A stretch of 64,000 nucleotides of DNA from the NCBI RefSeq assembly GCF_001194135.2, contig NC_068986.1:109533255-109597254 (forward strand), read 5' to 3'. How positions within the stretch are numbered: the stretch's first letter is position 1; each line of letters starts with the position of its first letter. A model generated the notes under the pieces. It worked only from the letters and a program-made list of their open reading frames with translations, searched no databases and was not told where the DNA came from. This stretch comes from Octopus bimaculoides (Eukaryota). This document shows positions 11,281 through 24,133 of the stretch, piece after piece. The position numbers and the translations under genes are program-made.

Positions 11281-14200
11281 ATAATTCCTCATCTCTTAAA
11301 TATATAACCTCTTGATTCAAATCAGTTCTCTTTGACATCCACTAATATTGCTTTAGGAATGAATGCTGCTGTGATGGTGGTGGTGGTGATGAAGATTATC
11401 CCTATTATCAAAGGGATGTTCTAACTATGAACATTCTGACATATACAGACATTGTGCATAAAAGGACTTCATTATCTAATGTATCTTCCTTCCCTTTTAT
11501 AAGATGGTAAGATTAGGTTGCTATTTCTAGCAATTTGAGCAACCACATAACAACCTCCTTATTGATGTTTAGCTTCAGGTCAATCCTGATAGAACAGACT
11601 TATGATCAAAGGACATTCCAGGTGAGGCCATGTCATCTTTTATTCAGACATAGTGAGTCTATTCAACTACATTATCTGTGTCCTTCCATGAGGGCAATTT
11701 GACTCCTATTTCTTGTGGTCAAGCTTCCAGAAAACATAGTCCCTCGTTAGTTCATTCGTAATTTTCTCATCACTTACAAACAAAGATGTTACTTAAAGAA
11801 AGACTAAGATTAAAGTTGCTGTTGGCTGTTGCTCTCTCTCCAGCCGTTTTGTATTCTAAACTAAAATTTAAAGACATTTACCAAATGTCACAGCAGACAT
11901 CAAAGAAGAATCTCTATCATTGTATTATTTTTTCCCCATCCTAAACAACAAAGCTGGTTTCTGGTTTCTAGAAACTGAAAGAATTCAAACTGAATGTGCA
12001 TCAGAGTATCTTCCTGCAATCTAAACATATCGGGAAAATGTTCGAAAAGGCTAAGAAAATCAAGGTTTAGATTAACAAGGATTAGCTGGTTAATGTCCGA
12101 TATAGGATACTCTGGTGGCTGATACTGCAAAAATATTTTCGTTGTGTATATTGTGGACTCTTCTGTTAGAGACGATGGATGAGGGCTCAGCAACATCTTG
12201 CTGAACAACCTACAAGCGTTTTGCTTACAGTGTTCAAATGCTTGTGCTGTACCTTAGCTCACTCCCTCCATTCGGTCAGCATTGCCTCTACAAGACAGGT
12301 GCACAGGTGTGCCACACACCAGATGTAGAATATAGTGAGAGGAAGCGTTTTTTGCTCAAGAATACAACTGCCTGGTCTGAGAATCAAAACTACTATCTTG
12401 TGATTGTGAGTGAGCATAACACCTCAACCATCAGACCACATTATTGTCATGAATGCATGTTAGAAAAACAAGGAAATAAGTTCAAGGACTGATTTGACTA
12501 AAACCTTTGAAGGTGGTGCTTCATTTAATGTCACAGTTGAATGACTAAAACCAGCAAGTGTACATACACCATGATTTTACATCCACTTTTCTGTGCTTGC
12601 ATCTCATGGCTGGACATATTTTCCATGGAAGACTGGAAGCAAACAACACCACTTTTATAATGGTGATGCTCATTTACAACCATCCTGTGATGTCAAGACA
12701 AGGATACACACAAACACACATATATGGTGGGCTTTTTTCAGTTTCCATTTGTCAAATTCACTCACAAGGCTTTGGTCAGCCCAAAGCAAAAGAGGAAGAC
12801 ACTTGCCTCTGCAGTGAAAGTGAGCTCAAAACACATGGTTGGGAAGTAAACTTCTGAACTACACAGCCATACCTACACCTATTTTTTCATATATAATCAG
12901 ACAGAGTGCCAGATGGCAAACAAAACCCTACCAAATGCAAATGACTTCTGGTGTGTGCCCCCCCCCCCNNNNNNNNNNCTGCATCTCAGTCGCCTCCCTT
13001 GACGCTTTGGTTGCAGTTTATCTTGCAACATCACTAAAACATTCCAACTACTAGTGTCGCTGTTGTCAACTATAAAAGTGCTTGAAGGTGGTTACTGAAG
13101 CATGGCTGCAATCCAATGACTGAAACCAGCAAAATGAATACATATTTCTTTGTTTGAAGATGATGATCCACACCATTATTTCTTATCCGGATTCTTTCCC
13201 ATTTTTGTCACCTGAATGACTTCTACAGAAGCAGGGTTATTCACAGAAAGTGATGGAGTAAGAATGAGCAGCTTAACGACTTCACTAATTACTACAAATA
13301 TCCATTTTCTTTTCTTTTTTCGCTATTTCTACACCCAAACATAATATATTAGTTTTTTTGGTTTTTTTGTAACCAACAATAGGAGGTTTGTGTGTAAAGG
13401 TTTCAAATGTTCCTGTATATTATTTTAATTTCATTGACTGAAACTCGTAGACATTGAGTCAATTGAATTTCTTGAATTTTATACAACACTTCACTGAAAA
13501 CGAGTCATAGACAGAGCGTCTATGTGGCCAATCAACTTGCTAGAAACAGCAACCAAATCAGACCCTACCATCTAAAAGCTTTCATTATCAACTTTCCTGA
13601 GACAGTTCCTAGTTCTAAGATATATACTCTTTTTTAAATTATTTAAATTAAAATCTTTCATCCAAAGTTTGTAAGTTTAAAATCCAAAACTCCAGTTTAC
13701 TTAAGACAAAATTATTTTTAATTCTTCATTAGTTTCAACAGAAATATGGTAACAGAAAGAGTTATAGAAACAGAAGAATATAGTTCTACATATATTAGAA
13801 AAAGACAGAACGGTCACATCTTGAGTACCTTTGATCATGGGTCTGCTTAATCAGGGTTAAACTGGCGCTAAACAACATCATCATCAATGACACTGAAAAT
13901 ATATAGATTGCTTGGTAAGACATCAACCGAAAAGGAGAGGAATCATTTGGTATCAAGAGAAGACATAGTAGAGAGGTTTAGGAAAGCTGAAGAAGATTAA
14001 GACGGTATTTTAACATTCTAAAATATTGTTTAAGTAGAGAATGTCATTCTGTCATTTTATCCATTCACAAATAATACGGATTCATCTTTTGTCTATTTTC
14101 AAAAAAAAAAAAAAAAATTTAAGTGGAATTAACAGAAATGGAAGCTAGAGTTTAAATCAATTCAGTTGTGATCCAGGGATATAAGATTGAACTCAGGATT

Positions 14201-14891
14201 ACAAACTATCAAAACAAGGCATCAACCACGATGCGTACAGCCGCAGCTGTTGTTTGTACCTACACATACAGTGATCCGTATTCATCACAAACTGGAGTGA
14301 GTCACTAAGAGGCAAGTGTCAAAACTGGTTGATACAAGATGGCATGGTGATACTTCTTTAAGTAACTACTTGTGAAAAGAGGAAAAAATAACAAGTGTAA
14401 CAGCTAGAGAGAGAGACAGTGTGATGGTGGTGGTGGTGGGGTCTTTAAAAAACGAGATTTCTCAGCTACTTCAGAAATAATTGTTAATTTCAGGAGAATT
14501 AAGTCGAAGAGTTTAATTCATAAACCCCCCCCCCAACAATTGATATACAGCAGCACAATAAAGACATTTTGAAGAAAATATTTTCATAATTATATCATCG
14601 TTTAACAGAAGGTGTAGTATACATATCAAGTAACCATTTGCTAAAATTATATAGAGTTCATTTTTTTTACTTACATATATACACATATATATATTCTGAC
14701 TCTGGTGGAGATAGTATTAGTTCTTTAAGGTCATTCATTTTTTCTCAACTGATCAATGGACCGATTGAGTAAACCAATCATTGGATAAACCTATAATGAT
14801 TATCAGAAACAACTGTAAGTCGAATTTTACTGTAACAAAGGAATATACAATGACCATTATTTATACCTTGTATTTTATACACACACACAAA

Positions 14892-14932
<41 letters not shown>

Positions 14933-15609
14933 NNNNNNNNNNATATATATATATATATATGACAAGAAAGAAAATATCAATATGGCATAAGTTCGATATC
15001 TGTTACAATTGTTTCGGTAGCATTTCACTTCAAATCACATTACGTAGAAATGATTATGTATGATATCCTGTACAACAGCAAAATTTCAGCGTAGGTGTAT
15101 GACAAGGTGCCACTTCACATTATTCAACTAAGGATAAATTTATACAGGTTTTGTGTAACTAATCACATATAATCATTTATATGTGATTAGAAGTGGAATG
15201 GTATTGCAACAGTCGTAACCACTAAACCAATGCTATATTATTATCTTCATCTTCTTCTTTGTTTCCCATATTACTCTACACAATATTTACACACTAATTA
15301 CATCAGTGCTAAGTACTTGGAGTTCCTGCACCAGTGGACTTGTTTAAATACCAATTTTAAAGTGTTGAGAGACCGGAGTTTGTATTGAGTGCTGTTTAAG
15401 GAATACACTGAGACGTTTACCCAACTCAAACTTATCTTACACCATATATATTATATATATTTACATATATATATACATATGCATATATACATAAATACAC
15501 ACACACACATATATATATAAAATTTAATAATAAGGGTAGAAATTGATATTAATCAATTAAAACCAGTGGTCTAGCATATTAAAAAAATCCGAAGATTAAA
15601 ATTATATTA

Positions 15610-15932
15610 CATACAAAAATAAGAGGAATGACCAGCAAAAGTGGACTCCTATATGCTAGAAATAGATGCCGAATCATCTAACCACGGAAAAAGTATGTTC
15701 TCAATAAAAAATTAGCGACACAACAGACTGTAAAAGGGCAAGACAAATGAAAAAATATTAAATAAAAAAACGATTTTTTTATTTAATATTTTTTCATTTG
15801 TCTTACCCTTTTACAGTCTGTTGTCTGGCTGAAATTTTACTGAGAACATATTCTTCGTGGTTAGATGATTCGGCATCTATTTCTAGCATATAGGAGTCCA
15901 TTTTTGCTGGTCATTCCTCTTATTTTTGTATG
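15610..15932. repeat. Long inverted repeat, about 160-bp stem and 5-nt loop
   Basis: catacaaaaataagaggaatgaccagcaaaa...aaataaaaaaa / cgatt / tttttatttaat...tcattcctcttatttttgtatg. Confidence 0.9.
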
Positions 15933-16305
15933 TTATATATACATATATATATATCACATTTTTAAAGTTATTTTTATAGGTTTTCTATAGAAATTGGAAC
16001 CAGCACTGGAAGTTATGATGTTTATCTTCAATTGCATTGTTTACATAAATGAAACATTGTGACTTTCATGCTGGCTCTAATTTCTATAGAAAATCAGGAG
16101 AGATAAATTTATAAAAAGAGATTTAATTGCACTGCTAACACAGGTGGGGCACACTATTGACTTATAAGTCTTCAACATACTTAGTAGTATATCGTGGTTG
16201 CATAACGAAATACAGTGTCCCTTCCAGACACTCACACACAGATGTACAAAATGTACAAAGAAACAATTCTGAGTATGTATGTGCGTGCGTGTATATATTA
16301 GATAT

Positions 16306-16339
<34 letters not shown>

Positions 16340-16933
16340 AATTGCAGTTGATTTCAATGCTAAGTGTTTCAGTTGTTATAGTCAAAATTGCTGAGTACTC
16401 CTCAGACACAAATCTTTGAACCTTCAGTAGATTCTCAACATGAATGAATCTATGATCAAGCTGCTGGTTCTTTAAATCACATACACAATCCACCCATTCA
16501 ATGAGCTTCTGCAGGTTTCCTCAACCCCAACTCACAAGACTTAGATCAACCAGAGGGTTTGGTAAAACAAACTTGCTAAAGATGCTGTATGGTAAGATTG
16601 GATCCAGTTATTGATTGTGGAATGAATTTCTTAAGCGCTCAGTCATGCCTGAGTCTATCCATGCATGTACACAATATACATATGTATTACATGACTGACA
16701 AGACTATCTGATGTTATCATACATTGCTAGTAACAATGCATGTGGCATTGTTTTAGCTTTTAGCTGATGGTACCCTGCTGGTTGGTCCATTGCAGCGTTA
16801 CCCAACAACAGATGAATGAACTGGAGCAACGTCAAAAGAAACTGAACCCACAATCTAGCCATCATGAGTGCAATACCCTAACCACTGGGCCATGTGCCTT
16901 CATGTATATATATAGTCATATATATTATTTAAT

Positions 16934-17315
16934 GGTGCAATGGCCCAGTGGTTAGGGCAGCGGACTCGCGGTCATAGGATCGTGGTTTCGATTCCCAGAC
17001 CGGGTGTTGTGAGTGTTTATTGAGCGAAAACACATAAAGCTCCACAAGGCTCTGGCAGGGGATGGTGGCGAACCCTGCTGTACTCTTTCACTACAACTTT
17101 CTCTCACTCTTACTTCCTGTTTCTGTTGTGCCTGTAATTCAAAGGGTCAGCCTTGTCACACTGTGTCATGCCGAATATCCCCGAGAACTACGTTAAGGGT
17201 ACACGTGTCTGTGGAGTGCTCAGCCACTTGCACGTTAATTTCACGAGCAGGCTGTTCCGTTGATCGGATCGACTGGAACCCTCGACGTCGTAAGTGACGG
17301 AGTGCCAACAACAAC
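16934..17315 (+). mobile_element. Full-length tRNA-derived SINE family D with a 12-bp TSD
   Basis: tRNA-like head (tggcccagtggttagg A box, gtttcgattcc B box) and (CAA)n tail. TSD atattatttaat at 16922-16933 and 17316-17327. Confidence 0.88.
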
Positions 17316-18534
17316 ATATTATTTAATAATAGTTTGATTCGACTCCACATGACTTAAAGTTTCATAGGAGTGTAGGCCAGTCCATTTCATTAGGTTGTAG
17401 GAGACAACTCTTCACCTAGCATCTGATGAGATAGACCTGTACCACACACCCACAAGACTTTGTGGAGCAAATGAAACTGTTATTAAATGATATATGAAAG
17501 TCCTAACAAAGGTGTAGCATGCCACCAGATATTTTGTGCTGATGTTTATGAAATCTTAACTAAAAAATCTGATAAAATATTGGAAACACAAAAGCATCTA
17601 ATAAATTAAATTGCAAAAAAAAAAAAAAAAAGGTAAATTCTTCAAATTAAAAACTATTGGCAATAAATGAAACATAAGTGTGTGTTAGTCAATATTTAGA
17701 AATACAACCAATGGAAAAGGTTTGAATATTTAGTTACACTTCCTTCTTATAATTCTGAGCACACAAAATCAACAACAGCACCTGTGCATAGTCAATCAAG
17801 CTGCTAGAAATAGCAGTCAAATTTCGTTAAATTTCACCTTAATACTACACTGGATAATGTAATATTTAACATACAACACCTGAAATAAAGATTCTGCTGT
17901 TGAGGCTAAACTGCTTTTGCCCTGCTCAATCATGGCCAACCTGGGACCTCAACCATAACGCACATCCAGAATTTATCTCCAGAGTGTAAGGGTGAGTGGG
18001 TGTATTTAGGTTTTAACACTATGAACCAATCAGTTGATATTATTGTTTCCTTCTTAATAGACAAAAATTAAAACTTTTTATATTAAATAAATCCTAGTTC
18101 CAACTATAAGATGCAACAATTAGTAATTAATAGGTTCTACTCTATTGGAAGATAATTTCAGCTTAATTCTTAGCTTTTGAATACCCAAACCAGCAAGCTG
18201 GGATCTTTACAAGGTCTTCTACAAATAATGTTGCTGGAATATGGTTACAACAACTATTTTAGATAACAAGTTTAAAACAATTTAATTTTGTGGCAACATC
18301 AGTTGTAACAAAGAAGCATTATATTTTCAACCAAAGACATAGACTGGTTCACAGATTAAAAAAAAAAAAACAAGTTTCCATCTTTATTTTTTTTATAAAG
18401 TACATCTAAATTCAACAGAACAGGTTTAACATACAAGCTCAGCACCCAGAAGTGCTCCGTTATTGGGAAAGGGGGGAGAGAGGGTTTAAAAAAAAAACAA
18501 AAGACTTATTTAGGTTTATCACATCTGGACTCTA

Positions 18535-21500
18535 TTATTGGTCAGCTTGGAATTTGATTACTAGCTTTTTGACCCACCCTCTTGAATTTACTTGGTAATT
18601 GGAATTACATTTCAGTTGATCAAGGCTACCTAACGAATGTGCACCTCGGCCCATGTCGGAATCCATTGGTAAACGGGAACAAATTTTATAAAGTTCTTTG
18701 CAACTATCATCCTTTACACAAGTCGGTTTTTTAGAACTTAGCAAAAGCTTGTTCTCTTTCACAGATACACTTACTTTTGAGAGTTCCTTACATTCTTCTG
18801 GTTCTTTTTTGGCTCGAGAAGTCTTGTACTTGGAATTCTCTTGCAGACTGTGCAGACGCTGCCGAATCATCTGGCTTGGTGCTCTTTTTTTCATTCCTTT
18901 CACTTTAGGGGAACTGTCGGCTTTGTTTTTTTCTTCTAAATACTGAACATACTCTTTAATGGAAGATTTTGGTGGTAATGGACACTCCAGGACAGGGCTT
19001 GCTTCCAGTTCAATATCACAATAAATTGCAGAGTCCCTACACATGTCAGTGGAATCAAGAGTGTCTAAAGAAAGAGAAGAACACTCAGAAGTACTGTGTC
19101 GGATGATGGAGAAATGATCTTGGTTCTTTGAAACTTGCCCAAGATTTTCACTTTGCATTGAAAGAGCTGAGTCCGATGGCGTCAGACACAGATCTCTCTT
19201 TAGTTCTTTACCAGACACATCATTGAGGTTTCCATGAGATCCAGAAGACTTCTTAAAAATATCATCTTGCTCTTGTTGTTGCCACAATGAAATGTCTGGT
19301 GTATTCAACGATGTTGGGTTAGGAAGAGCATTGAGTGAATTCCAACGTTCATATTTCTTTCTTTGGTTTCTCTGATTCTTGATGCCATGCTGACTATCGA
19401 GTAAGGAAGCTAAACTCAAATTGCGTTCAAGTTTTAAGTTATGATGTTTGACTCGCCTATCAAAATTCATTGCCGAACAATTTTGCAAAGAATTAAACCG
19501 CTTTAAATCTACTTCATTTAATCTGCTCAAACTACTGGAATTACTTTTACAAGCTGGAACTGACAAATGGAAACTATCAGAAGAATGATTATTAAGACAG
19601 GGCAGAGAACTGCCAGGAGAAAACAATTTGTGCTGATCAGATGTTTCGCAAGAAAACCAATTAACATCATCTTTAATAGGAGCATTGCTGTCTTGAAGAA
19701 TTGCAGGAGGTAAAGGTGTATTAGGTTCTGATGAGAATTGATCATTTGCAGAAAGATCAACTTTCTCCTCTAAAGTTTCATTTGGTGGGTTACTAATGGG
19801 TGATGTTACTGGATACTCCTCTACTGAGTTTTCTGTGGGTGAGTCACAGCTATCTGCAGACAAAGGTTCGTTCTCTTCGGCAATGACAGTTGTTTGGGAA
19901 ATTGTAGGAGTTTCTGTTTCTGTGGTTGAGGAGAGAGAATCTTCAACGGATTCATCAAATTCTTCATGGTTTTGGGGAGAAGGAACTTCTATTAATGGTT
20001 CAATACTACCAGAATTTGATGGCTGAGGTGAAGGGGAACGACGGATTGTAGGCGATGAGAATATTGGAAGAACTAAGGCACTGCCCATTTTACGCCGTGG
20101 GGGAGGGGAATTAGTGACACAGTGCTTTTTGATTGGTGAACGATACGGCTCAGCAAACATGTGTCTGTTATAAGCTCCTGACCACGTATATGAGGGGGCT
20201 AAATGAGTTAGACTTCTACGGGGATAATTAATGGCAGATTCAGCTGCTTTCTCTGAAGGTGAAGATGTAGAACTAGAATCGAAAACAGGAGAAGAACGAA
20301 GAGATGCTGAGGCATTGCTTATCCGAGGGGAAGGCGGATAAAATGTGAGAGGTGATGCGCTGTTTCTAGAGACAGAGCCATCTGTTGGTGATGAGCAACT
20401 AATTCTAGTTTCTAGATATGGTGGAGGAGAAGAAGAATAATTCTTGTCAGAATCAAAATAATGAGAAAATGATACATTATCATCTTGTGGAAGTGGGGAG
20501 GAGGGTAGAGATATTGATGAAACAAGTTTCTTAGTGGGGAATGATGAGGATGTGGAGACAGAGGGTGAAGTTTTTGCCATGGCAGCCTTCCAGCTTGCAA
20601 CACGAGCAGGGAAACTTTGGATTCTTGACACAAGACTTTCATTGGATCCCAGATTACTTTCATAGCTACTGTGTGAAGAATCAGAGAGGATTGATGTCTG
20701 TGATGCTTGTCTGCTAAGTGTCTGCTGTGGAACGTCATCTTTATCAGAATTGTCTGCTGCTGAGGACAATGCTTGCATAGGAAACTTGGCCATTTTATTG
20801 TCATTATTTTCCTTTCTCATGTAATCTTCCATTTCCTTTAACATCCGTTCACTTTCAGCTATTTGTTCAGGTGATGTTGGAGGAATGAGGTCATGTTGGT
20901 AAGACATACGCCTAATCAATGGGGCCGACACTGACCCAGTCATGAAAGATAAATCATTGTCTTCAACAGATTGCTGGGAGTAGGATTTGGACATTTCTGC
21001 TGGGGAAGACATACCTCTTGGAAATGTAGCATAGCGGGGCATGTCTTGATAAGATGACTGGCTGCCATTTTGGCCTTTCAAAACAGACGGGAGATATTTA
21101 TTTGGGGGTAGAGAACTTCGGTTTAAGTAAACAAGCCAATCCAAGCTCTCTCGAGATAGATTCTTATAATTTGGGCTTTCTAGTTGAGATCTTCGATTGG
21201 AATAAGTAGAAACCTCAATTTGACTGCAGCTGGGCTGTATTGCGTTTTTGATCCAAGGATCTGCTTGTGATTTGGGAGGATCTGAAGAGCGACGAGTTTT
21301 ACCTCCAGTTTCTTGCACTTGTTTGAATGGAATATTAGGCAAAAGTCCAGACTTCTTAGCTTGGCGTAAAAGAGGAAGAACATTCTTGAAAGATTTCTTA
21401 ATTGGTTTTCCTTGATTTATAGCAGCTTTAGTAGAGGTTGATGGACCTTTATCACATTTACCCTGAGTTTGTTGACAAGTTTGTACAAGTGACTGAACAG

Positions 21501-21882
21501 AAGATGCGTCTGAGCCATGTAATAGTCTATGCCTTCTCTCAGACAGTGAGGGCATGCTGGAATATTTGGTATTCAACTCTGTTTCGCCATCTTCAGATGG
21601 TTGTTCAGATGTAACACTTGACTGGCTGTGCAGCCGAGCTGGTGTACTTTGTACACTGCTGAGCAGTTCAGTATTTTTTGCAAGTTCGCCTTTTGGTGGA
21701 TCAGGGATATTAATGGGATTTTCTATGTTAGCAATTCGAAAACTCATTGCACGCTTGTACGTGTCACTGTCCTTTCTTGGAAGAGAATTATTACTGTCAT
21801 ATTTGTCATCAAAAACAGAATCAGGATCCACAGTTGGTGTAACATTTGTCTGGCCCCTTCTGCGGTTGATCAGTGTACCAGT
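18535..21882 (-). CDS. PLEKHG1: PLEKHG-like terminal exon, about 1115 aa, Ser/Pro-rich and probably disordered
   Basis: Uninterrupted ORF of over 3.3 kb. Acceptor tttctttccttttag at 21883-21884, phase 0 (TGTLINRRRGQ...). Ends ...RGWVKKLVIKFQADQ*, resembling the V-x-x-L-x-x-K-F-Q C-terminus recalled for vertebrate PLEKHG1/3. Confidence 0.85.
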   Translation of the reverse strand, partial: TGTLINRRRGQTNVTPTVDPDSVFDDKYDSNNSLPRKDSDTYKRAMSFRIANIENPINIPDPPKGELAKNTELLSSVQSTPARLHSQSSVTSEQPSEDGETELNTKYSSMPSLSERRHRLLHGSDASSVQSLVQTCQQTQGKCDKGPSTSTKAAINQGKPIKKSFKNVLPLLRQAKKSGLLPNIPFKQVQETGGKTRRSSDPPKSQADPWIKNAIQPSCSQIEVSTYSNRRSQLESPNYKNLSRESLDWLVYLNRSSLPPNKYLPSVLKGQNGSQSSYQDMPRYATFPRGMSSPAEMSKSYSQQSVEDNDLSFMTGSVSAPLIRRMSYQHDLIPPTSPEQIAESERMLKEMEDYMRKENNDNKMAKFPMQALSSAADNSDKDDVPQQTLSRQASQTSILSDSSHSSYESNLGSNESLVSRIQSFPARVASWKAAMAKTSPSVSTSSSFPTKKLVSSISLPSSPLPQDDNVSFSHYFDSDKNYSSSPPPYLETRISCSSPTDGSVSRNSASPLTFYPPSPRISNASASLRSSPVFDSSSTSSPSEKAAESAINYPRRSLTHLAPSYTWSGAYNRHMFAEPYRSPIKKHCVTNSPPPRRKMGSALVLPIFSSPTIRRSPSPQPSNSGSIEPLIEVPSPQNHEEFDESVEDSLSSTTETETPTISQTTVIAEENEPLSADSCDSPTENSVEEYPVTSPISNPPNETLEEKVDLSANDQFSSEPNTPLPPAILQDSNAPIKDDVNWFSCETSDQHKLFSPGSSLPCLNNHSSDSFHLSVPACKSNSSSLSRLNEVDLKRFNSLQNCSAMNFDRRVKHHNLKLERNLSLASLLDSQHGIKNQRNQRKKYERWNSLNALPNPTSLNTPDISLWQQQEQDDIFKKSSGSHGNLNDVSGKELKRDLCLTPSDSALSMQSENLGQVSKNQDHFSIIRHSTSECSSLSLDTLDSTDMCRDSAIYCDIELEASPVLECPLPPKSSIKEYVQYLEEKNKADSSPKVKGMKKRAPSQMIRQRLHSLQENSKYKTSRAKKEPEECKELSKVSVSVKENKLLLSSKKPTCVKDDSCKELYKICSRLPMDSDMGRGAHSLGSLDQLKCNSNYQVNSRGWVKKLVIKFQADQ

Positions 21883-22382
21883 CTAAAAGGAAAGAAATTT
21901 TAAAAAATAATTAACTTTTAATTATTTGCAACAAATGTCAATAAAAAAAAATGATAAAACAATGAGTCTATGATGGTAATGCTACTCGTTAAATTCTTTA
22001 AGTTATGTTTCCACTGCAAAATCATAAGAAGCAGAACACAAAAGGGTTTGTCAAAAATAAGGATTTTCAAACTGACCCTTTTAACATCATCCAAAAGAGA
22101 TCAAAGAGAGAAAATACATTAATTTTATATTTGAATTCAAGACAGATTTTTCACAAATGGAATTCTGTAGACTTTTAGGATTAGTCTTACGCTAAACATG
22201 ATCAAAGACCTCTAAGAACAAAGTTTATTATACAATAGAATCCAGTTAGCACGGAAAAATTAATTTTTAAAAAAGATATTGAATAATCTAAGTAAAAACA
22301 AATTAAGAATATGACAATTAATTAAAACAATACTTTAAAATAAGGCAAAAATTATCAAGTAAGCCCAAGTGTAATCGTATAC

Positions 22383-22436
22383 CTGTTTGAATGATGGGTT
22401 TAAGAGTAGAACTGGTACAATGTCGTATGGAAAGGA
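22383..22436 (-). CDS. PLEKHG1: Predicted 54-nt exon (SFPYDIVPVLLLNPSFKQ)
   Basis: cattccttcttttag acceptor and CAG|gtatac donor. Open in phase 0, matching the phase-0 start of the terminal exon. Confidence 0.55.
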
Positions 22437-23634
22437 CTAAAAGAAGGAATGTTGTATGGGTTGTGAATAATGGGAGCATTTTTGTCTTAAGCCAAATTTA
22501 GTTTCTTTTACATAAAAGAATTCTATATAGTTATCAAATAATTCTATAGTGGGAAAATGTTCCTAAGAATTATACATTTAAAAAAATGGCACTTTTAGAG
22601 TGTTGACAATTGTCTTTTCAATCTCCACCCCCCAAAAAGTAATAGAATTTTAGAAATAACGACGATGGGGGAAGTGGAGAAGAAAAAATGGTGAAGTGTA
22701 GGAGTGATGACGGCGGATAAGTAAAATGTAAGTGACAGCTCTGTCTGTTATAGTTTTAGCCCTAGAGACAATTTGAAGTACTTATATAAGTGCATGTGTG
22801 TATACAAGTAGATGTATGTGTATTTATGGATATAAGTGTGTGTGTGTGTGTGTGTATTTGTTTGTTTACTTTTTGCAACCTCCGCCACTTTTTTTTTTCC
22901 ATGACTTATGACTCTGTAAGCAGACAGTGAATGTTTTATAAATATCAAGTTTAATAATTCACAGTTCCACCATTAATAATTCAACACTTCCTTCCATTTC
23001 CATGCCTGTTCAGACCATAATTTCCTTCCTTCCTAACATTTCAAAATATTTACATGCATCATTTTTAATAATTCATATGCCAGCAGTATTTCCTGCTGTT
23101 TCCAGTCCACTTTGTGGAACTGTAGGAATTTTAATAAAATTCAGTTTCCATTATTGTTATAAAGTAAAATATTCCGTTACCAACTTCTAACCAGAAATGA
23201 TTAATTAAGACTGAAGGTTTCAATAAGACTTTCATAATTAAAAAAGTCATCCATTTGGCATTATTTACGTGGTTAAATACTTGAATCTTATTCTAATCAA
23301 TTTAATTGTAAAATATATCCATGCTAACATTTGATTTTAAAAAATAATTCTAATTAGACCATTAGAAATTTTTATCAGCCTTTTAGGAAAATTTGTAGGA
23401 AGGCAAAAAAAGAAAGTGATGAAATCTGAACAGTCTTTTAATATTCCCAGTGACTCATGGGAACATTAAATGCTTTTCACCGCTCTTGGGCTTTGTCAAT
23501 AATATGTGCCTTTTTGTTATATGCTTGAACAAAATTCGTGCAATTGATACATGAGAAACAGTGAATACTACATGACTGACATTGTGAAATGCCTGCTAGA
23601 CTGTTAAAAAATTAAGTGAATGCAATTGAAACAG

Positions 23635-23638
<4 letters not shown>

Positions 23639-23678
<40 letters not shown>

Positions 23679-23940
23679 NNNNNNNNNNNNNNNNNNNNNN
23701 NNNNNNNNNNNNNNNNNNNNNNNNNNNNNNNNNNNNNNNNNNNNNNNNNNNNNNNNNNNNNNNNNNNNNNNNNNNNNNNNNNNNNNNNNNNNNNNNNNNN
23801 NNNNNNNNNNNNNNNNNNNNNNNNNNNNNNNNNNNNNNNNNNNNNNNNNNNNNNNNNNNNNNNNNNNNNNNNNNNNNNNNNNNNNNNNNNNNNNNNNNNN
23901 NNNNNNNNNNNNNNNNNNNNNNNNNNNNNNNNNNNNNNNN

Positions 23941-23995
<55 letters not shown>

Positions 23996-23996
23996 T
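23639..23996. repeat. (AT)n microsatellite around an assembly gap; other N gaps at 12969-12978, 14933-14942, 25204-25643, 28081-28251, 40398-40540
   Basis: Direct reading. Most gaps are bounded by (AT)n and could hide small exons. Confidence 0.95.
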
Positions 23997-24133
23997 ACAT
24001 ATTTATTAATTTGTGTTGCAAGATTCTTGATGTGAAACCATGTGTTGAAACAGATATTGTTGTATTTTAGGATGGTCAATTATTTTGCCAAATAAACACA
24101 CACACACCATATATTCATTCTTCACTCGTTTAT

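Noticed and set aside
11900-12208. 102-aa minus-strand ORF in non-repetitive sequence between the two genes
   Set aside because: TTG start, no recognisable motif and no convincing splice sites. A few open frames of this length are expected by chance in 64 kb over six frames.
18698-21903. Short ORFs antisense or out of frame within the large exon
   Set aside because: Shadows of the real coding frame.
22192-22212. 21-nt AG..GTAAGA segment
   Set aside because: Overlaps the tttgatcat motif that recurs in dispersed degenerate repeats throughout the window.
23000-23195. Acceptor-like attcctacag followed by a short open frame, and a 6-nt AAGTTG candidate
   Set aside because: No good donor, stops in all frames within 30 codons, and weak splice signals.
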